NCBI RefSeq assembly: GCF_000009705.1
Contig: NC_003272.1
Coordinates: forward strand, 180,001 to 212,000
Direction of reading: 5' to 3'
Origin: Nostoc sp. PCC 7120 = FACHB-418
GTDB lineage: Bacteria; Cyanobacteriota; Cyanobacteriia; Cyanobacteriales; Nostocaceae
DNA: 32,000 nt
Below are positions 29,314 through 32,000 of this stretch, piece after piece. How positions within the stretch are numbered: position 1 is the first letter of the stretch; each line of letters starts with the position of its first letter. The notes under the pieces were generated by a model, which was not told the DNA's origin, made no database searches, and saw only the letters and a list, made by a program, of their open reading frames with translations. Made by a program: the position numbers and the translations under genes.

Positions 29314-30192
29314 TCAATCATGAGACTTATTTTCCTGACATTCTGCTAAGAATGCTGCTATTGTCTGATTAAAAGCTTGTGATGCGGTTAAAAAAGGCCA
29401 ATGATTGCCGGGAATTTGGCACAGACGGAAATTTTTGAGGTAAGTTTTGTAAGGTTTGATTTGCCATTCGAGGCGGTTAAGTCCCTGTTCTGACTGGACA
29501 AACAGGGCGGGAGTGTCTAAGGGGATGGTGAAACCAGGTACGCTCAATACTGCGTCAAAAATGCCGTCACGGGCGGCTATTGTAAATTTACTCCCCCAAC
29601 TACCATCGGGTTTTTGTTCGAGTCCCCCTTGAAAGACTTGCTGTTGTAAAGGACTCCAACCTTGGAACTGGTTTAATTGCTGCGCTTCTTGTTCGGCTTG
29701 TTCGTAGCTGGTGAAAGGCCCCATCGCTTTGAGAAAGGATAAAAAGCGGTAAAGCAGAGGAAAGGTAAGGCGGAAGAGGTCGGGCATTTTCCAAATAAAA
29801 ATGGGGTCAACTAGCACCATACTCCGTAGACGTTGCGGGTTTTGTCTTGCCCAAATGACTGCTAATTTACCTGTCCATGAATGGCTGACAATATGAGCTG
29901 ATGACCAGCCTAGATGATTCATCAAAGCTTCTAAATCAGCGATCGCACTCTCAAAGCTATAATCTTTATCTGGCTTGCTACTTTCGCCATGACCCCGCAT
30001 ATCTGGCGCTACTATGTGATATCTTGCCGCTAAATCATCCCCTAAGCTAGACCAGACTAAAGCATGGTCGCCTAAACCATGTAACAGCAGCAAGGGTTCT
30101 TTACCTTGATTCCACTCCAAGTAAGACAGTTGGATATCAGATTTTGATAAGGTTTGGCGTACAGGCATCGTCTTCAGTAATTCACAATTCAC
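29314..30192 (-). CDS. Alpha/beta-fold hydrolase
   Basis: It has the LLLLHGLGDH oxyanion region, nucleophile elbow VSHSWTG and C-terminal catalytic His in GNHWPF. The track start is GTG at 30192, with an alternative ATG at 30168 (MPVRQTLS). Confidence 0.82.
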   Translation of the reverse strand: MNCELLKTMPVRQTLSKSDIQLSYLEWNQGKEPLLLLHGLGDHALVWSSLGDDLAARYHIVAPDMRGHGESSKPDKDYSFESAIADLEALMNHLGWSSAHIVSHSWTGKLAVIWARQNPQRLRSMVLVDPIFIWKMPDLFRLTFPLLYRFLSFLKAMGPFTSYEQAEQEAQQLNQFQGWSPLQQQVFQGGLEQKPDGSWGSKFTIAARDGIFDAVLSVPGFTIPLDTPALFVQSEQGLNRLEWQIKPYKTYLKNFRLCQIPGNHWPFLTASQAFNQTIAAFLAECQENKSHD

Positions 30193-30302
30193 AATATTCA
30201 GCAGTAAACAGTGCTTAATAACTGATAAACAAGCGCTGTTACGGGTACTTTACGAAAATCAATACCAGAAATGCAAGCAGTGGCGATGCTAGCTGAACAA
30301 GG

Positions 30303-30344
30303 GCGTAGGGTTAGTGCGTAAGTCCTACCCTACACCCCTACACT
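30303..30344. repeat. Dispersed repeat fragment (GTAGGGT..GCGTAAGTCCT..ACCCTAC plus CCCCTACA units)
   Basis: gtagggttagtgcgtaagtcctaccctacacccctacac. A 7-bp stem GTAGGGT/ACCCTAC encloses the reverse complement of AGGACTTACGCAC, the end motif of the 17812-17931 element. Confidence 0.7.
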
Positions 30345-30582
30345 GTGTCCTCATTTCTCAAAAGAAGTGTTATCTATGCCTGTCTATGGGGAATCATAAT
30401 ACAAGAGCAACTTTCAGTATTACCTAATACCATTAGCAAATACTTATTCCAAAAGATTTTCTTAGTTATATCTTTTGATGGATTACCAATAAATCAAAAA
30501 TAAATTAATTGTTTTTTAGCTATTCTATACTTCCCTCTCTAGGTACTTATATTGAAGCCCTAATATTTGGTATTCTACTGAT

Positions 30583-31164
30583 ATGGCAATAATTAAGCAA
30601 AATTTTTCAGATAATCCATTAGATTCCTCCGAATTATTAGATCACAAAAATATTGAAGCGCAGAGAATGCAAGACGTTCAGCTTTTGCTGCAAAACTTAT
30701 CTGAAAGTGAAGAAGCAACGATTAAGCTGATTTTAGATTGCCTCTATGATATCGGTTCAGTCAACTTGATTAATCAAAGGTTTCGCTATCGACCTTTTAA
30801 CCGAGTAGTTAAATTAATTGCTCGGCTGTCTAAACCTATATTTAGAGTCTATGGTTGGCATTGGTTTAAGAAAAACTGCCCTCAATTAATTGCTAATTGG
30901 TTGCACTCCCAAGTAGCCTTTGAGTATGTGGTAAATACACCTCAACAAATAGCGCTTGAAGTCTCGGCAATTCAACAGCATCAGGCATTGCCATTAGATA
31001 ATTACAGTCTTGAGGTGAAGGCTTTACGCAATCAAATAAGATGGCTAACGGGAATTACTATAGTCTCGTTGTCAACTTTGGGAATAGTATTCACTATATT
31101 TAACAGTAACCCACAGATACTATTACGAAATAGACCACAATTTCAACCAACAATCTGCCGATAG
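30583..31164 (+). CDS. Hypothetical protein with a single C-terminal TM helix (193 aa)
   Basis: ATG start and a clean ORF in an AT-rich region. The hydrophobic segment LTGITIVSLSTLGIVFTIF lies near the C-terminus. No family recognised. Confidence 0.55.
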   Translation: MAIIKQNFSDNPLDSSELLDHKNIEAQRMQDVQLLLQNLSESEEATIKLILDCLYDIGSVNLINQRFRYRPFNRVVKLIARLSKPIFRVYGWHWFKKNCPQLIANWLHSQVAFEYVVNTPQQIALEVSAIQQHQALPLDNYSLEVKALRNQIRWLTGITIVSLSTLGIVFTIFNSNPQILLRNRPQFQPTICR

Positions 31165-31251
31165 ATATTATATATAAAAACAGTTATTTAATTTGACATG
31201 ATATGAAGTGATGATATGAGAATAAAAATTAAAAATAAATGGCTTACTTTA

Positions 31252-31605
31252 TTAAAATCCTAATTTTTCCCGAATTATTTTCTCATCCCTAAAACCTACC
31301 GCTACGGCTATCCCATCCTTAACGAACAGAGGACGTTTAAGTAGCATGGCATCTTTAGCAAATTCTTCAATCCATTGTTCATCAGTCCAGTTCTTTTTTT
31401 CTTCACCCAAAGCGCGGTAGGATTGACCGGAAGTATTACGCATTGGTGTAGAACTTAAAGATTTTACCCAGTTTTGGATATGCTCACGCGTTGGTGGATT
31501 TTCTTTGGTATTAATAAATTCATAGTCAACCTTATGGGCTTGAAGCCAGTTAAAAGTTTTCTTACAAGTGCCACAATTTGGTATTCCGTAGACTTGAATA
31601 GACAT
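31252..31605 (-). CDS. ArsC/Spx family thioredoxin-fold protein (YffB-like)
   Basis: 117 aa. The N-terminal IQVYGIPNCGTCKKTFNWLQAHKVDYEFIN and the C-terminal LLKRPLF are typical of the ArsC/Spx/YffB family. Confidence 0.82.
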   Translation of the reverse strand: MSIQVYGIPNCGTCKKTFNWLQAHKVDYEFINTKENPPTREHIQNWVKSLSSTPMRNTSGQSYRALGEEKKNWTDEQWIEEFAKDAMLLKRPLFVKDGIAVAVGFRDEKIIREKLGF

Positions 31606-31896
31606 AATACAAGTTTCTCGACAACTTCATGATATCTAAATATATACATAGATGGTGCAACTTCTAACAGCCTCTACTTTGAATGTGATAATTCATACAA
31701 CAGCAATTTTAAGTATTATTTATTAACAGTGATTACCACTAGGTATTGACCGAGGAAAATTGAACAGTTGATAAGCTACACCGTAAATTTACTAAAACTC
31801 TGTAAAAAAATTAAGATAGCTTGATTGATACTAGGGGGTATCAAGGGTAAGCTATTAATAATAAAGTTGAAAAAATATTTGGTCTTGATAAATTCC

Positions 31897-32000
31897 ATGA
31901 CCACCAATAGTTTGCCTAGTATTTTAGGAAATCAACATACTGTTAAGCCAAATTCTCTAGAGCCGAGTTTACAAGCTTTACAAGAAAGTCTTTATAACTT
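31897..32000 (+). CDS. Possible 5' end of a CDS running off the window (MTTNSLPSILGNQHTVKPNSLEPSLQALQESLYN...)
   Basis: From the ATG at 31897 there are 34 open codons to the window edge. No recognisable domain and no clear SD. Confidence 0.3.
   Translation, partial: MTTNSLPSILGNQHTVKPNSLEPSLQALQESLYN

Overview
Chromosomal segment of a filamentous, heterocyst-forming cyanobacterium (Nostoc/Anabaena type). The signature is about 20 copies of the HIP1 octamer GCGATCGC, heptamer STRR tracts, CCCCTACA-type octamer tracts and small dispersed hairpin repeats in almost every intergenic gap. The gene order is lox, yefM/yoeB, M48 protease, murA, tRNA-Leu, trmH-like, small acidic ORF, flv1B, flv3B, then murJ, pentapeptide protein, conR and a manC-like gene. 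This matches what I remember of Anabaena/Nostoc sp. PCC 7120 all0170 to all0187. That assignment and the gene names derived from it are from memory and need a BLASTN check. I call 24 complete protein genes, one partial CDS at the right edge, one truncated gene remnant, one tRNA-Leu(CAG), three terminator-like hairpins, three putative regulatory sites and about a dozen repeat loci. Content is mostly core metabolism, cell envelope, lipid transport and signalling. I did not find a convincing novel multi-gene system: no defence island, CRISPR array, transposase, integrase or phage genes. The only accessory-type module is a canonical YefM-YoeB toxin-antitoxin pair. Five items seem most worth a second look. 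(1) A hybrid histidine kinase has a membrane module that aligns residue for residue with the plant ETR1 ethylene/Cu-binding domain. (2) A zinc-ribbon Ser/Thr-kinase-like protein has degenerate catalytic motifs and an orphan extracytoplasmic domain. (3) The tandem flavodiiron pair has one intact and one degenerate diiron site. (4) Three loci linked to protecting nitrogenase from O2 (lox, flv1B/flv3B, conR) lie within this one window. (5) Several structured repeats sit exactly at gene boundaries, start codons or stop codons.
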